The notes under the pieces were generated by a model. The model saw only the letters and a list, made by a program, of their open reading frames with translations. It was not told the DNA's origin and made no database searches. A program made the position numbers and the translations under genes. From Phoronis australis (lineage: Eukaryota > Animalia > Phoronida), in NCBI GenBank assembly GCA_002633005.1, contig NMRA01000278.1, positions 412,283-476,282 on the forward strand: a stretch of 64,000 nucleotides of DNA. Reading direction: 5' to 3'. This document shows positions 61,239 through 64,000 of this stretch, piece by piece (within the stretch, counting starts at the first letter, position 1; each line of letters opens with the position of its first letter).

Positions 61239-63691
61239 CAGTTTTAATTTTAAAAAGGCAGCTGTAATGGAGGAATCTCGAACACTCCTGCAGTGGCAAT
61301 TACCATCCCTCCTAGACAAAAACCTAGATCTGCAGCTGGAAGTAACGGATTCACAAGACCCAGCACCCTTACTTCTCAGTGACTATTAATAGCTTTTCAA
61401 CGTGGTAACAATTTTTGAGGTCCAATTTGGTAAACTCAAAATGTGCAACTCACTGAAAAATGATGATTTTCACAAACACATACTTTTCCACCCTACAGAT
61501 TGGTGCCTTTCCCACCAAGCAATTGATTCAATTCCCAAATGGAAGAGTGCATATATATTACGGTGCATTTTCCATGGCATTGCCTAAATTAATTATCTGG
61601 TAGTTGCTGAAACTCTGTTAGTTCCACTTAATGGCAGTCATCATTCAGTATAAGGCCTGGTTCCACTGGTGTATAGCCAGAAGTATTCAACAGGCCGGGT
61701 ATGCACAACAGTGTCGTGGTCGAAACTATGCGTTCAATGAGGATTTGTGAAAGGCTAAACTGAGGGACAACCTAGAGCAACTATGCAGCGAACAGAGGGT
61801 GCTAAACGCAAAATTGAAGAGAGTTTCTACATGGGGAGGGTCTTTTGGCATTTTGCATTGAACAGGGGGCATGGTCTCGTTTAAATAAGCGATTACATAG
61901 CCCTGGTTGCCGCGTAAGCCTACAGCGGCGATAGTACATCCCCACAAAAAGTTACAAATTTCAAAACACATGAAATAAAATCAAATGAAACATGCATATG
62001 TGCACATAGAGTCATAATTAAAACACGTCATGCCATAAGTCTGGAGACGATTTAGTCAAGATAATTGAACAAATTAATGAAAATCTGTCGCAGTTTGCTC
62101 GAGTTTCTCCTACCGGGAGCCAGTTTGAGGAAGTTTACGTGAAATCACGCATGTTGACGAATAAAAAGTCTAAGGGACACAAATCTAACCAATTTCACCT
62201 GATACCTTCCCAGGCTATTTTGCAAGTGTCAGTGCGCGCTTACGTCAGTCTCTCGCTAGTCTTTGCCTAACACTCACATGACTCAATTGAAATACTATAT
62301 GGTTATCAAGCGCGGAGTGAAAAAGATAACGGTGACCAAAAATATGGCGTTGGAATACTTCGTCAAAGTCACCTTAATTCTCACAACTAAGTTTCATCAA
62401 AGATATGTGTAGAAGTAAAGGACCACTGAAGAAAGTAAGCTCTTTAAGTGATAGTTTTAAGAGTGGAATGTATTTTTGACGAGGTGCAAACTCTTCATCG
62501 GTGACCAAATTTGGCCTACTGCCCATTTAAAACACATAGGACAAAATTCGTACAGAAAGTGATGGGAAGTATTACATAGCCCGTAACTGGCCAACCGAGG
62601 GGCTACGTGTTGCCTAAGTCTCGTTGCGCCTCCTGGCCCATCATATATCATATGCCATCATGGTTGCAATGAACTGGTTCTCATTATAGTCAAGCGACCT
62701 AAATATCGGCCATTTTGGCACATTTTGCATTATATTTCATTGGAAATACTACAGATTGTTGTAAATTCTTTACTGAAATAAAGACTTGCCCCCTAAGGAA
62801 TTGTTCTGTTACTTGTCACGTACGAAGGCCACATTTATGTTCTGACTGATCTTTAAATTAGACTTTAAAAACACATGCAACTAGCAAACCCTTGGAGAAC
62901 CTAAATATTACACACCATGTTTCCGCATACGCCACACCGCAGATAACTGCATGACTAATCAAGTAATGGCCACGGGCACCTTATCGCCAAACTGTAGCTC
63001 GAAGTTTTTGATATAGTCTGTTTGCTGCTCCATTCGCAACAAAATTATCCATAAAATGTCATCTGATGACAGCACCAAGTTCTCTCCATAAATCAGTGCA
63101 GACGATTAATGCACGTGCGACCTCACTGCAGGTGTGCGTTCAGTAACGCTAGGACCATGACCTACGCTAGGACCTAGCTAAAATCTAGCCAAAGTCACGT
63201 GCTGTCACTTGAAATACACGGCAATTTCTCGCTTAATCTCATAAAGTCTTGCTTTTTAGCGAGGTCCTAGCCTTACTGAACGGGAGGCAGGTTTTAGTAT
63301 CTCTTTGCCAAGAAGTTAATTGGTAAGACAGTCACATGCACGTGCGTGACCGGGGTTTGACTTGAGTTTCAAAACAAATGAAAAAATGAAACAGTGATAT
63401 GTTGTCAGTTCATTAGGATACTTCATTGTGAAAAAGGATTTTGTTTTCAACTTTTATAACCAATTTATGCGATCGTCCAATTTTAGGCCGATCTTGGGGT
63501 CTATTCTAGGTGAAATGAAAAAGAGGCGACGCTATAAAAACGAGACAATGCCGGACATTGAATGCTTTGCCGTGGAACAAAAATTGGTGCTATTTTTTTT
63601 TCAGATTATGCTTCAAGTAAGATTTTGTGTAGTGTCTGATATTTATGGTCTGTCGGACTGTCCGATAAATTAGCAGGTATAGTCCGGTTAC

Positions 63692-63735
63692 CTATTGTCG
63701 TCAGGCTCCAAAGGTCGTCCGCCATCTTGTTTCGC
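63692..63735 (-). promoter_or_regulatory. Candidate promoter-proximal first exon with YY1-type AAGATGGCG start (MADDLWSLTTI|)
   Basis: Minus strand aacaagATGGCGGAC...ATAG|gtaacc within a locally CpG-rich patch. Confidence 0.35.
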
Positions 63736-64000
63736 GTGCAGCGCAACCACGCGGGACTTAGCGTTCCAATTTGGAGTGCTCGTGTGCACGTTAGGTACTA
63801 ACTTATCGGAAGAGACACGTATCAAAGTAATGAGACAAAAATCGGTGAGTTTACCGATTGTTTTTTAAAACCACTTAAAAATCAGTAGATTTTACTAATA
63901 CACTTTTTTGTGCGTTTTCAGAAGATGTTTTCGAATTTAAATTTTCTTCCGACGGGACACAAAACATGATCCAGGGTTTGTTTATGCAATGTATCTGTTT

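Noticed and set aside
60927-61389. Repetitive ORFs (WCTSLHLCHGVGGP; GAPGPP collagen-like)
   Set aside because: Translations of a 42-bp minisatellite in multiple frames; no continuous Gly-X-Y and no exon boundaries.

Overview
AT-rich eukaryotic (animal, invertebrate-like) genomic DNA from a draft assembly, with single-N gaps at 17372, 28803, 46870, 56510 and 60066. Nearly the whole window is one giant minus-strand spliced gene. I traced 61 exons by hand (E1-E61, numbered 5'->3' within the window, 60327 down to 136). They total about 11.9 kb of CDS (roughly 3,950 aa). Intron phases are compatible at every junction except one, which spans an assembly gap. The gene runs off the left edge and its N-terminal exons were not found. 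Inferred architecture: vitellogenin/MTP-like large-lipid-transfer region with basic cleavage motifs, amphipathic helical region, degenerate M23/LECT2-like domain, Cys/beta-rich region, PAN/apple domain, many FN3/Ig-like 'DxTPP..G.V.DG / W..F.D.ESGI..Y' repeats, and a Thr-rich linker. The most unusual sequence-level signal is that at least seven intronic tandem duplications span this gene's own splice junctions, creating decoy donors and acceptors. The extreme case is about 71 copies of a 43-bp acceptor-containing unit organised as a 172-bp higher-order repeat. Also present: a GC-AG intron, a TIR element with a HIRAN-like ORF, tRNA-derived SINE-like heads, many minisatellites, two probable haplotype-overlap assembly duplications, and a possible promoter/first-exon region at the right end. 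Domain calls are by motif recognition only; no searches were run.
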